Origin: Squalus acanthias
Taxonomy: Eukaryota
Direction of reading: 5' to 3'
Length of the DNA: 64,000 nt
Assembly (NCBI GenBank): GCA_030390025.1
Contig: CM059433.1
Coordinates: forward strand, 15,812,001-15,876,000
The translations under genes and the position numbers were made by a program. The notes beneath the pieces were generated by a model, which was not told the origin of the DNA, ran no database searches, and was given only the letters and a program-made list of their open reading frames with translations. Shown here piece by piece: positions 1 to 12,105 of this stretch (the first letter of the stretch is position 1; the number at the start of each line of letters is the position of its first letter).

Positions 1-329
1 AACAGTTTTGCTTTGCTTCACCCAAGTTCCTGCAACTTGGGACTTACAATTACATTTCCATTTTGTCTTGACTAAGGTTCAACAGCAAATCTAGCATAGC
101 TTGCTGTTTTAAATCAATGACAAAAACTTACCTGGGTGCTTTTATTCAAGTGTAAAAAACATTTGCCTGACTTGAGTTAAGGTCACTAGGGCTTGGACAC
201 AACATTCACATTATTGGTGACAGCCTCCCATGCTTCTATGCTGTGACATTATCTGACTGCCTGAAAAATGTTTGTTCTCACTGAATCAGCTTGGTTGCTA
301 TTTTCCCTGCCCCTTCTTTCCTAGTTTAA

Positions 330-567
330 ATGACTCTTCACTTACCTAAGTACCCATTTTACCAGTACATTATCTCCCTTCCTGTTCAGATGTTTTCCAT
401 CCTTGCAGCATAGCTCCCATCTAAACTTCTTTTGCAGGACTTCAGGCCTTTCCTTTCCTATATCTTTGGTTCCCATGTGGACCACAATAACTGACAGCTC
501 TCCCTCCACTTCCATAAGCTTTTACAGTCTTTCCAAAATGTCACTTACCCTATCATCTGGAAGGCAA
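330..567 (-). pseudogene. CR1 LINE ORF1 SGNH-esterase relic
   Basis: Minus-strand manual translation gives CLPDDRVSDILERL*KLMEVEGELSVIVVHMGTKDIGK...DGKHLNRKGDNVL. This matches the CR1 ORF1 esterase motifs CLPGARV, VVHVGTND and DGLHLN. It has a stop and an internal deletion. Confidence 0.75.
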
Positions 568-756
568 GAGAGGACAGACAGCGCCTCGGTTTAATGTCTC
601 ACCCAAAAGACGACACCTCCAACAGCACAGTGCTCCCTCAGTACTGCACTAAGAGTGGCAACATGGATTTTGTGGTCAAGTCTCTGGAGTGGGACTTGAA
701 CTCTCAACCTTCTGACTCAGAAGCGAGAGTGCTATCACGGAGCCACGGATGACAGC
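568..756 (-). mobile_element. tRNA-derived SINE 5' half (SacSINE1/DeuSINE-like)
   Basis: The reverse complement has a tRNA-like head (GTGGCTC..TAGCACTCTCGC..GAGTTCAAGTCCCACTCCAG) followed by CAGTACTGAGGGAG and TTAAACCGAGG. A related head lies at 25235-25335. Confidence 0.7.
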
Positions 757-769
757 CCTTTAACTAGCG

Positions 770-974
770 AATATCCTAAGCTCTGGAATTCCCTCCCTAA
801 ACATCTCCACACCTCTCTCCTCCTTGAAGTCTTTCCTTAAAACCTACACCTCCTGTCCTAATATCTCCTTATGTGGTCCGATGTCAAATTTTGTCTGATT
901 ATGATCCTGTGAAGTGCCTTGGGATGTTTTACTAAGTTAAAGGCACTATATAAATGCAAGTTGTTGTTGTTGTT
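770..974 (+). mobile_element. L2 LINE 3' end
   Basis: It reads CTCTGGAATTCCCTCCCT (LWNSLP), then TGTGAAGTGCCTTGGGATG...GGCACTATATAAATGCAAG and a (GTT)n tail. Confidence 0.7.
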
Positions 975-1344
975 TACCCTATTACTACTGCATTCCTAAC
1001 TGAATTGCCAAACTCTTTACCACACCTGCCATCCCCCTGAATCATCTCTTGGTGATGAAAAGGCAAACAACTTTTTGAATTCATCCGATATGAATTGTTG
1101 TTCTGTCTCTCAAAGAGAAAGTGAGAATGAAAATCTGTTTATCTTCGAAAAAGTCAGTCACAATTGCAATCACTCACACTATTTTTAGATGTGAATCATC
1201 TATAAAAGTGACTATTTTGGAACAGCATTTGTTTCATAAAAAATCTATACACTTATTGTTAACAATAATTTAATGTTATGTTTGTATTTCTCTGACAATA
1301 ATATAGATGTTGGTCAACCACTTCAGATTCCTTCATCGGATCAT

Positions 1345-1600
1345 TGAGGTTCACAGCACAGAAGCAGGCCCTTCAGTGCATCATGCCTTTGGCAGCTCTT
1401 TGCTGGAGCAATCCAACACTTATCCCCCCCACCCTGCTCTTGCCCCATAGTCCTGTATCTCCCTCTGCTTCACAAATGTATCCAATTTTCCCATAAAGAA
1501 TGCAATGGTTTCGGCCTCGACCATTCCCTGTAGCAAAGCATTCCATGCTCCAACAACCGTTGAATAAGAAAATTTCTTCTATTCTCGATACTCATTCTTA
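1345..1600 (-). mobile_element. degraded CR1 3' end
   Basis: ACAGCACAGAAGCAGGCC, GCCCCATAG and GCATTCCATG...AAGAAAATTT resemble the other CR1 tails in the window. Confidence 0.5.
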
Positions 1601-3245
1601 GTAATAATTATTGTGACAGTCTTTACATTGTATACGGGAAGTAATGGCTTTGAGATGTTTTGAGATTCTACCACATTTGGTGCAATCAATCTGTCTAATA
1701 TATAAAAAAAATTAGAGTATTTGTCACACTTCAGATGTCAGATGTCAGAGTGTCAAAAAAGAAAGGCAGTCATTTCATGCTGTTTTTGTTTAACTTGAAG
1801 TGGGAAAATTACAAGCACCAGCTATGTTTACTTGTAGAAATTAGGCTCTGGCCTTAAAGGGGTATTGCACTTAAATATCGCTTCATCTTAGCAGCAGGTT
1901 AATACATTGTGCGTGATCTCATGGTCCTGTTCTTATAGAACTATGCATCAGTGAACATCATCACAGAGGGCCCACTAGTCCATTAATTATATAATTGCCT
2001 TTTATCATAAGTGATGCAATTGATTCATTCATGTATTTCCTTCAAACTGGAATGAAAGTTTGATAATGAACAGGCACTTAGAAACTGCATTACAGCGTTA
2101 ATAAAACTGCCATTAATTATTTTGGTTGTATAATTGTTTTATAATATGCATTTGAATTATCTATAGTATTGATGTATTGTTGTTAGACAGCCCTATGGTT
2201 TGACTGTTTTCAAACAACAACAGGTAGCTGCATTGATCCTTGAACATCTTGCCATTCCTTCAGGGCAAATTCAGCATTGTTGCACAAATGGCAGAGAGCC
2301 TCACTCAATGTGAGAACGGGTCACAGAATTAACCCTCATGTGCTAACTGTTCTATCTGTGAACCTCACCGAGAAGCTTTGTGCCTGCCCAGGAGTTTGGC
2401 TCGAGCGCATCGTCAAGCATGGGGCACATTTCATTCCCAATTGTGGTACCCCAAAAAAATGTGTGTTCCTTGGGAGCAAAGGCCAAGAAAAGTGACCCCT
2501 GTGTGTGGTGCCTCCTGTCTGCAGTGCCAATATTTTAAGATGCATACGATTTCCCCCAAAACCTATGATGATGGAATGCACTCCTACAGTATGTAGAGGA
2601 TTGAGACTGAAGAAGAGTAGAAATTACTGCTGGTAGTGTTATCACACAAACGTTTAACATAGTTACACAAAAGTCCTCTCTTCACTATTTTAGTGGCGAT
2701 ATAACCCATTTATTTTACAGCTGTTAACTCCTCTATTATAATAGGGGAGAGATGACAATGGCACAAGTACATTAAACATTCTGATAACATTGCTCACATT
2801 CATTTTTACCCTTAGGTTACCAGTACAACAACTCCCCCAACCCCCCTGAGGACACATCAGTATTTTAAAATCAGTCTAATGAATGATTCTTTTTACAAGT
2901 AATTCAAAAGCCTAATTTAGTTACATTGGAGAAGCAATTGGCTGAGGAAAAATTGCCTGTTACGTTCTCCTTGAGTTTGAGCTGCTTTGTGAATTGTGAT
3001 TATGTGGGTGTTTTGTTGAATTTATCCTTGAAGTTACAAGAACCAAGAATTGAACAGGGTGACGTGTAGAGAAGCTTTGATTTCTTTCTGCATAAATGTA
3101 AAGCCGTACTCGAACGACATCAATCTTTTGAGACAATTTCTTTTGTTTTTAGAAATAATCCAGAAGCATAATCACAGTCTGTGCGGGAGTTAATCAGCAT
3201 TTCAGCACCTCGGACAGCAGTGCTTTGGATTTAAGTTGAAACAAG

Positions 3246-3971
3246 GGGCCAAATTTGCTGGAGCTGGGCATCATGTGGCGTATGCTGTTAGTTGGGCTTT
3301 TTTCCTGCACCCTGCAGCTTGAATATAATTTGCTGGAAGTGCGAGCTGTTAAAGAGGTCAACGGGGAATCTGCAACCTTAGTGAATGGCGGGACCAGCAA
3401 TCTACCTCCTTAACCAATGAGATTTAAAGATTGAGAAAGAAACAGAAGAACGACAGAGAAGGAGGGTGAATTAGAGTCAAATCAGGCACAGAAAGAGAAA
3501 TAAACAGAGGGAAAGAAAGACTGGATTAAGAGAGAGAGAAAAAAGTGACAGAAAGTAAAAGTAAGAAAAAAATGTAGAAATTTAAAAAAAAATGATATAC
3601 CTAAGAAGAATTTATAACAGGCAGGAATAAGACTCAACAGTTTAAATTGTTCCCTTTCTGGGCCGCAGACATTGATTGGCATTGCATTACAATTATCGCA
3701 TTGATAAAATGGTACTTACGCTGATAATTATGAGCCCTAACTATTTGCGGTGGGTTTAATGGGCAATTAATGTGCAAATCCAGTAAGTTCTTAGAAATAA
3801 CTTGGCAATTTGTGCGAAACAAACGGTGGAGCGGCGTAAATCGACCAGCAAGTTTTTGAGATTCGCAACTCATGGCGTATCTCTTAATCCCCTGAACTTG
3901 CTGTCCGATTTGTGCATTAATAACGGCGTGCATTGTGAACTCGGCGTTATATTCCCAGCTAGATTTGGCCC
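3246..3971 (+). mobile_element. Harbinger-type MITE, family A (copy 1)
   Basis: TIRs are GGGCCAAATTTGCTGG / CCAGCTAGATTTGGCCC. The purine-rich core is the reverse complement of the core at ~29060-29170. Confidence 0.7.
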
Positions 3972-4240
3972 ATTATTTTCTCCAGCATATAATGTGAGAA
4001 CTTCTATCCAACTATTACAGTACAACTTCATTTGGATTATTCATTTTGCAAACTCCAGTTAAGTTCATATTCAGTAAGTGCATTTTTAAATTGCTGTTTG
4101 TGTAAAATGCAATTAAGTAATTTGAAGCTACAAACTATTGTCTGTGATATCAAACATTTAACCCTTTTCTATGACATCCCACAATAATCATTTTAACACC
4201 AATTTAAGTGTTTGTCTGGCTATATCCTATCCCACATTTA

Positions 4241-6034
4241 TGGCTGGATTTTTCCAACCTCGGCGGGTCCGTGGCGGGCGACGTCCATGGCGAGTGGGGA
4301 CCCCGCATCTGTCTCGATCCCGGCCTCCAACAAGATTTTCCGTTGATGGGGCTTGTTAAGCCCACCCTGTGAGGTTCCCGGCCAATTAATAGGATGCGGG
4401 TCTGATGACGTCATTTGATGGCGCATCATCAGTCGGTTTCCTTAAAGGGACCACGCCCACAATCATTTGGACAGTTGTGCTGTCAGTGTTCTGCAGCATT
4501 GAGGTGCTGCAAACACTGACAAGCACGGCACAAAGGTGCACGGCTGCACCCAGGCTTTCCCATGACTCCCTCCATATGCTTATGAGGGAGTCACAACATG
4601 CAGGGAGGTTCTCTTCCCTTCCAATGGGTGGAAGAGACCTCCCCAGGAGATCAACGCAGCCTGGTTGCACATTGCACAGGAGGGCACAAGCAGGGATATT
4701 GTCAGGAGGACCAGGTTGCAGTGGCGCAAACCTTTCAATGATCTCAGTAGATCACAAAACTCTGCTGCAAAGCCACACTCAGCCCCATCCTGCTATGCCA
4801 CTCATCACATCCCCATCACTCTGCCTTCCCTACCCTACTCCTGCACATCCTTACTCACACCAACTTACCTTGCACCTCCACCCATCCCTCTCTATCTACA
4901 TTATCACTTCCCCATCTCACTAGCCACCCCTCACACTCACCCTCATCCTTGTCCAATCATACCAACTAACAACACACAAGGGTAGGCAGTTGGGTGTTAT
5001 CGCCAATGTTCATGTGAAGTTTCTGTTAATGTAGTGTCAAACATTGAAATCTTTATTTTCAACACTTTGCCTCTTGGACAGAACTGTGTGCACCTTTGGA
5101 AGTGGCTTAGAGAGTTACAGTGAAAGGTGAGACATAACGGTACCCCCGACAATGGTGGTGAGTGTGAAAGGAATGGCTTGGACATTGTAGGGACGCTTTA
5201 TGGTGTTGGTGTGGGGTGGTGCCAACCTGGTGCATCATGTGGCAGCCAGGGTGTACAGCATCAAGTGAAGTAAATCTGGCCATGGTGAGGCCATTCCTGG
5301 CCTCCTGGGCAGCAATGTGGTCGAGTGCTGATGCCCTGTGTCCTGTGCAACATCAGGTGATTGCGGAGATGGTTGGTGCTGTTGTTGGTGCTGCTGGTGT
5401 GCCTGGTGATGCTAGTGTGCCTGGTGATGTTGGCGTTGGGGCTGATCGTGGTGGGATTCTGAGGACCAAGGTGAGATTTTGTCAAGGGCACCGATGCTGA
5501 TGGAATAGATGGCAGCTGAAGTTGAGATGACAGAAGCGATCTGTCAATGGTGAGAGAGGTTGCTCCAAGGAGGTGACACTGGATAACAAGTTTGCTCCAA
5601 ACACTTCAAACCTCCATAAAGTTGAAAAGTGTATTCCAAATCCTGAAGGCGCCAGCTTCTAAGATTGGAAATTGAACAGAGATGAAATGATAGCTTTTAT
5701 ACCACTTTTGCAGCTGTCAACTATTCACAGCAATGGAGACTCATTGAGAACCTGACACACTTACCTGACGTGATCCCTGAGCGCCGGGAACCTCATAAAA
5801 ATCGTTAGGACCCGGTAAAATGCTGCTTAAATACCTTTAAGCAGCTTCTTAAGTATCTCAATTGCCTGACTCGCCGCTTAGTGCCGGGTCTGCCAACCGC
5901 GGGCAGAGCCGAAATTGGCGAAATTAACAAAGAGGCGGGTCCAGAGCGGACTTCCGCCCCGCTGTCAATCACTGCCATTTTGACAGTGGACCTGCCTCCA
6001 AACCCGCCCTCTGAGCACCGGCAAAATTCAGCCC
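4241..6034 (+). mobile_element. non-autonomous PIF/Harbinger element (internal deletion derivative)
   Basis: TIRs are (T)GGCTGGATTTT / AAAATTCAGCCC with TTA/TGA flanks. It carries a Myb/SANT relic (+) and the transposase 3' end (- strand, ~5265-5350, homologous to 7371-7440). Confidence 0.75.
4527..4755 (+). pseudogene. Harbinger-associated Myb/SANT-like DNA-binding domain relic
   Basis: Across one frameshift it reads AAPRLSHDSLHMLM / REVLFPSNGWKRPPQEINAAWLHIAQEGTSRDIVRRTRLQWRKPFNDLSRS. This fits the Myb_DNA-bind_5/NAIF1-like pattern (W..IA..V......RT..QCRKRFNDL). Confidence 0.75.
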
Positions 6035-6830
6035 TGAGTCCCGTTCATCCATCACCCCTGTGTTCACTTAACTACATTGGCTCCCAGTCTCACAAAACCT
6101 CAAATTAAAATTTCTTATCCTGATGTTTAAATTCCTTCTTGACCTCGTTTCTCCCTAGTTCTGTAACTTCCTCTAGACCTGAAAACCTCCCACAAAGCTC
6201 TGTTCCTCTGGGTTTGGCCTTCACCCTAACATAGGTGGCCGGGACTTCATCTATCTAGGTCCCACACTTTGGAACATAGGAACAGGAGTAGGCCATTCAG
6301 CCCCTCGAGCCTGTTCTGCCATTCAGTGAGATTATGGCTGATCTGTATCCTTACTCCATTTACCCGCCTTGGCTCCATATCCCTTAAAGCACTAACCAAA
6401 GATCTATCAATCTCAGATTTAAAATTATTAATTGAGCTAGCATCTACTGATTTTTGTGAGAGAGAGTTCCAAACTTCCACCACCCTTAGTGTGAAGAAGG
6501 ATTTCCGAACTTCTCTCCTGAATGGTCTGGCTGTGATTTTAAGGTTTTGTCCCCTTGTCCTAGACTCCCCCACTAGGGGAAAACGTTTCTCTCTATCTAC
6601 TGTATCAATTCCTTCAAAATTTCTAAAAACATCAATCAAATCACCCCTTAACCTTTTATATTCCAGGGAATACAAGCCTAGTTCATGTTTTCCCTTCCTA
6701 AATCTCACCACCTTTCCACCACTCTCTACTCTTTTAAGATCCTTCTTATAACTCATTTTGACCAAGCAATTAGTCACCACTCTTTAATATTTCCCTCTTT
6801 GCCTCAGCGTCCTTTTCTTCCCCGTTGCCT
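6035..6830 (+). mobile_element. L2 LINE 3' fragment, interrupted by CR1
   Basis: ATCACCCCTGTG...CTACATTGGCTCCCAGTC encodes the L2 ITPV..LHWLPV motif. The L2 tail resumes at ~6690. Confidence 0.6.
6270..6685 (-). mobile_element. CR1 LINE 3' fragment
   Basis: ORF 6247-6780 reads LGLYSLEYKRLRGDLIDVF...FFTLRVVEVWNSL, followed by a CR1 3' hairpin and TTCCTATG tail. Confidence 0.9.
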
Positions 6831-7370
6831 CCCGCTCAGTAAGAGCTCCACATGCTTCCTCGGATCCCGATGGCCGAGTCTGCCCCTGCACAGTTGTAGG
6901 AGGAGCAGACATTGGCGGAGCCCTCACAGGCTCCAAAACCCAGAGGATGTCCGCCAAAAGTGTCTAAGCAGTCGCAGCAGGGAAGTGAGCAGCCTGCCTC
7001 TACCTCTGCTGAAGCCACAGGGGTAGCACCTCGTAGAAGCACAAACCTAGATGCACAAGGCTAAGCAGGTGGGTGTATGAACCAAGGTTAGTGATAAGCT
7101 TCAGTTCTATTTATGACACACATAAATGTATTACTTTGCACCACTTTCCGGTCTTGTCCATTTTTGCCTGCTACCTGGGACGTGGTCTTGTCACTTGGAC
7201 TGAATGGTGAGACATTACTTAACCTCAAGCAATGGGGGTTTGGGCAAGAAGAATGGCTTGGTCATTGTAGATTTGCTTTATGGTGTTGTTGAGGGGGCGG
7301 TGGGGGTGGGGGGGGGGGGGGCGGAAACTTAGTGCAGAATGTGGCAGCCGTATGGATGCATTGGAGCAAG

Positions 7371-8560
7371 TTAAGTAAATCTGGCCATTATGAGGCCATC
7401 CCGGACCTCCCGGGCAGCAATGAGCGCTGCTGCTGGTGCCATCTCCACCGCAGGTTCCTCCTCCTCCTCCTCGTCTTCCACCTGCTCCTCCTCCTCCTCT
7501 GAAGAGGGTGTGCACTCTGTGCCATGCTCCTCCTGCAGCTCCAATTCTCGTTGCTGCACTATGTTGTGCAGTGGACAGCATACGACGATGTTTCTGGAGA
7601 CCTTGGCTGGTGCGTACTGAAGGGCTCCTCCAGATCTGTCAAGGCATCTGAAGTGCATCTTCAGCGTGCCTATTGCTTGATCTATGACACATCCGGTGAA
7701 CATGTGGCTCTCATTATAATGCTCCTGGGCCTCAGTACTTGGCCTCCTCAAGGGTGTCATGAGCCACATCTTCAGTGGATAGCCCTTGTCTCCCAGCAGA
7801 CAGCCGGTAAGTCTATTTGGAGCTGCGAAGAGCTGAGGGAGGGTGGACTGGCGCAGCACAAATGAGGCATGACAACTGCCAGGGAATCTGGTGCACACAT
7901 GCATACATGATCTCTTTATGTTGCAGATGAGCTACACATTGAAGAAGTGGAAGACCTTGCAGTTCACGAACATTCCTGGGTGATGATGGGGTGCCTTGAT
8001 GGCCACATGTGTGCAGTCGATAATGCCCTGCACCTGTGGGAAGCCAGTCAGAGCCGCAAAGCCAAGTGCCCGCTCAGTAACACTGGCTTCAGCAGTGGCA
8101 AAGTTTACATAATTGGCTGACTTGTCAGACATATCATCGGTCACCTGGGTGATGCATCTGTGGGCGGCCGACTGCGAGATCCTGCAAACGTCTGGTGCAG
8201 ATCCCTGGAAGGAGCCTGAGGTGAAGAAGTTGAGGGTGGTGGTGACTTTCACAGCCACTGGTAAAGCATGTCCACCAGGTCCTCTGGGCAGCAGGTCTTG
8301 ATCCAGCAAGCTACAAATGTCTGCGGCGACCTGGCACGATAGCCTGTGCCTCCTGTAGAACTGCTGCTCAGTCATGTCCCGGAAGCTCATCCTCTGCCTG
8401 TATACCCTGTGTTGGGGGTATCGCCTCCGGTGCGGTGCAGCCCTGCGCTGACCCCCTCTCTCCTGTGGAGCATCAGGTTGTTGAGGAGAAGGCTGGTGTT
8501 GTGGCTGGTGTTGTTGGTGGTGGGGCTCAGCTTGCTCTGATTCTGATAAGCAGCACCCAT
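7371..8560 (-). pseudogene. Harbinger (HARBI1-like, DDE_Tnp_4) transposase pseudogene
   Basis: ORFs 7932-8696 and 7371-7904 are in the same frame, split by TAG at 7932 (likely from CAG). Motifs are [20 protein letters not shown] (consensus HD), LLGDKGYPL and VIDQAIG (consensus IE), with an acidic tail. The likely original ATG at 8560 is out of frame. Confidence 0.9.
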
Positions 8561-8714
8561 GCTGATGTAATAGATGGCAGGTAAAGTGGAGATCAGAGGG
8601 CCAATCCCTCAATGTTGTGATAGGAGGAATGGGAAGAGGACATGAGGCCAGGCAGGACAGCACCAGCTGCTGCAGGAGAGAGGGACAGGAGGGCAAGGAG
8701 GGTGAGGTGGACTC

Positions 8715-8824
8715 CTTCCCCCCTGTGGGTACGGGACATCCCTCCTCCGCTGGACCTCCTTCACCAGGACCCCCAGTACCGCGCCCGATAACTTGTGCGC
8801 CCTCTCACTAGGTCCCTGAGCCAT
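8715..8824 (-). pseudogene. N-terminal fragment of a Harbinger Myb/SANT-like protein
   Basis: [37 protein letters not shown] resembles the R.P.FS...LE.LV.EV..RR..L.P start of the domain at 4527. Confidence 0.6.
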
Positions 8825-9106
8825 CCCGAAACCTGCTGATCTGTGTCAGCCAGCCCATTGTACACCTTCAGTGGAAGTGGGTGAGTGGAGCCCACATATA
8901 CCTCTACACAAAAATTGCGTCTAATCAGCGCTTGAGCGGTAAACCTGCAGATGTCTGTTTTAGCACCTCCAGGCAAGTTCAAATTATGGTATTCACCAAT
9001 TAGGACCAAACTTGCATGCTAAAACCAGACTTTCAAACAAGCATTTCTTATCAGCACGGCACCCATTTAGTGCCTGTTTTCACCTTTTCACCAAAATAAC
9101 TCCCTA

Positions 9107-9310
9107 TATCTTTAGTCATCCAGGGAGCTTTAGCTTTGGATGCCCTTCCTTTCCCCCTCTTGGGATGTGTCTAGTCTGTACTGGAACTATCTCCTCTTTG
9201 AAGACCTCCCGTTGCTCATTTACTGTTTTACCTGCCAATCTTTGTTTCCAATCCACCTGGGCCAGATCCCTTCTCAGCTCAATGAAGTTAGCCCTCCTCC
9301 AGTTGAATAA
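9107..9310 (-). mobile_element. CR1 ORF2 linker fragment
   Basis: It is homologous to the EN-RT linker region of the CR1 at ~11630-11820 (ANF..LR..LA.VDW, PW). Confidence 0.55.
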
Positions 9311-9616
9311 TTTGCTCTTTTATTTTAATATGGATTTACTTTCGAGCAGGAACAAATAGCATTCAGGACAGTGAGTTTTAAAAATTGTTCTTTGCACGAC
9401 AGTAAAGCACACTGCACCACCAATATATTTTACTTTGTTTTTGATGCAGTAAAACAGTTAAGCCATCTGTTAAAAGTGCAGGAATTGACTCTGATAACTA
9501 CTAGGAGTATAAACGGGCCCAGTATATTTATGCTGGGGGGTTAAGGAACAAACACAGAGCTTTCACATGATCTAATACATGCTCCTAAAACCCCAGAAAG
9601 TGGTCAACTCTACATT

Positions 9617-12105
9617 TAAGAACAAAGAAGCAGGAGTAGGCCATTTGGCCCTTCGAGCCTGCTCCGCCATTCAATAAGATCATGGCTGATCTTCTACCTC
9701 ATCTCCACCTTCCTGCATTATCACAATTTCCCTTAATTCCCTTTGTTCCCAAAAAATCTATCGACCTCTGTCTTGAACATAGTCAACGACTGAGCATCCA
9801 CAGCTCTCTAGGGTAGAGAATTCCAAAGATTCACCACCCTCTGAGTGAAGAAATTTCTCCTCATCTCAGTCCTAAATGGCCGACCCCTTATTCTGAGACT
9901 GTGACCCCATGTTCTTGATTCCACAGCCAGGGGAAACATTTTCTCAGCATTAACCCTGTGAAGCCCCTTAAGAATTTTATATGTTTCAATGAGATCACCT
10001 CTCATTCTTCTAAACTCTAGGGAACATAGGCCTCGTCGACTCAATCTCTCCTCATAGGGTAATCCCCTTATTCCAGAAACCAGTCTAGTGAACCTTCGCT
10101 GCACTCCCTTTAAGGCAAGTATGTCTTTCCTTAGGTAACGAGACCAGAACTGTACACAGTAACTCGCGGTGTGGCCTCACCAATGCCTTGTATAATTGTA
10201 GTAAGACTTCTTTACTCTTATACTCTAATCCCTTTGTAACAAAAGCTAACATGCCATTTGCTTTCCTAATTACTTGCTGTACCTGCTTGTTAGCATTCTG
10301 TGATTCATGTACAAGGGCACCCAGGTCCCTCTGAATGCAAACATTTCCCTGTCTCGCACCATTCAAAAAATATTCTGCTTCTTTGTTTTTCCTACTAAAG
10401 TGGATAACTTCACACTTCCCCACTTTGTATTCCATTTGCTATGTTTTTGCCCACTCAGTCAACCTGTCTATATCTCTCTGCAGCCTCTTTACATCCTCCT
10501 CACAGTTTACTTTCCCACCTAACTTTGTATCATCAGCAAACTTGGATACGTTACACTCAGTCCCTTCACCTAAGTCATTAATATAGATTGTAAATAGCTA
10601 AGGCCCAACCACTGATCCTTGCGGTACCCCGCTAGTTACAGCCTGCCAACCCAAAAAAGTCCCGTTTATTCCTACTTTTCCCATTTTCTGTCCATTAACC
10701 AATCCTCAATCCATGTTAATATATGATCCCCAATCCCATGTCCTAATTTTGTGTAATAATCTCTTGTGTGGCACCTTATCGAATGCTTTTTGAAAGTCCA
10801 AATACACTACATCCACTGGTTCCCCCTTATCCATCCTACTAGTTACATCTTCAAAAAACTCTAACAGATTTGTCAAACACGATTTCCCTTTCATAAAGCC
10901 ATGTTGACTCTGCCTAATCATATTACGAATTTCTAAGTGTCCTGTTACCACGTCCCTAATAATAGATTCTAGCATTTTGCCTAATACTGATGTCAGGCTA
11001 ACTGGCCTATAGTTCCCCGTTTTTTCTCTTCCTCCTTTCTTAAATAGCGGGGTTATGTTTGCTACCTTCCAATCCTTGGGGACTGTTCTAGAATCTAGGG
11101 AATTCTAAAAGATTAATACCAGTGCATCCACTATCTTTGCAGCTACTTCTTTTAAAACCTTAGGATGCAGGTCATCAGGTCCAGGGGATTTGTCGCCACT
11201 TAGTCCCGTTAATTTCTCCAGTACTATGTCTTTACTTATTCTGATTTCTTTAAGTTCCTCATTCTCTCTAGACCCTTGGTTCCCCATTATTTCCAGAATG
11301 TTTTTTGTGTCTTCTACTGTGAAGATAGATACAAAGTATTTGTTTAATGTCTCTGCAATTTCCTTATTGCCCATTATAATTTCTCCTGTCTCTGCCTCTA
11401 ATTGGCCCACATTTACTTTCACTAATCTCTTCCTATTTACATACCTATAGAAACGTTCATAATCTGTTTTTATGTCTCTTGCTAATTTACTCATATTCTT
11501 TTTTCTCTTTCCTTATCAATTTCTTGCTCCTCCTTTACTGAATTCTAAAATCCCCCCAATCCACAGGCTTACTGCTCTTTTTGGCAACGTTATAAGCCTC
11601 TTCCTTTGATCTAATACTATCTTTAACTTCTTTTGTTAGCCACGGTTGGACCACTTTTCCTGTGGGGTTTTTGTGCCTTAAAGGAATGTACATTTGTTGT
11701 AAATGATGTAAATACTAGCCATTGCTTGTCTACCATCATACCTTTTAATGTAGTTTCCCAATCTACCTTGGCCAACTTGCCCCTCATACTTACGTAGTTT
11801 GCTTTGTTTAGATTTAAGACCCTAGTTTCGGACTTAACTAAATCACTTTCAAACTCAATACAAAATTCTATCATATTATGGTCACTCTTCCCTAAAGGCC
11901 CCTTTACTACAAGGTTATTAATTAACCCTTTCTCGTTGCACAATACTCGATCTAAAATAGCCTGTTCCCTAGTTGGTTCCTCAACATACTGATCTAGAAA
12001 ACTATCTTGCATACATTCCATGAATTCGTCCTCTACACTATTACTGCAAATTTGGTTTGCCCAGTCTATATGTAGATTAAAATCCCCCATGATTACTGTA
12101 TTACT
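9617..12105 (-). mobile_element. CR1 LINE, 5'-truncated ORF2 (partial APE endonuclease + RT), frameshifted
   Basis: ORF pieces contain IMGDFNL, LGKSDHN, KSPGPD, QHGFMKGKSCLTNLLEFFE, YLDFQKAFDKVPH, FADD (~10530), LYKALVRPH and RMRGDLIETYKIL, followed by a CR1 3' UTR. Confidence 0.95.

Larger units (their letters stand above)
6845..9104 (-). mobile_element. PIF/Harbinger DNA transposon, truncated or rearranged
   Basis: It contains the transposase (-), a convergent low-complexity ORF end with an AT-hook-like KPRGCPPK (+, ~6870-7060), and a TIR-like end AAAATAACTCCC at ~9092-9104. Confidence 0.75.

Noticed and set aside
2277..2596. Overlapping short ORFs as a host exon
   Set aside because: There is no recognisable domain or convincing splice pair.
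7371..8696. Host HARBI1 gene
   Set aside because: It has an in-frame stop and altered conserved acidic residues, lies next to a TIR and Myb fragments, and has a paralogous fragment at ~5265. This fits a decayed transposon.
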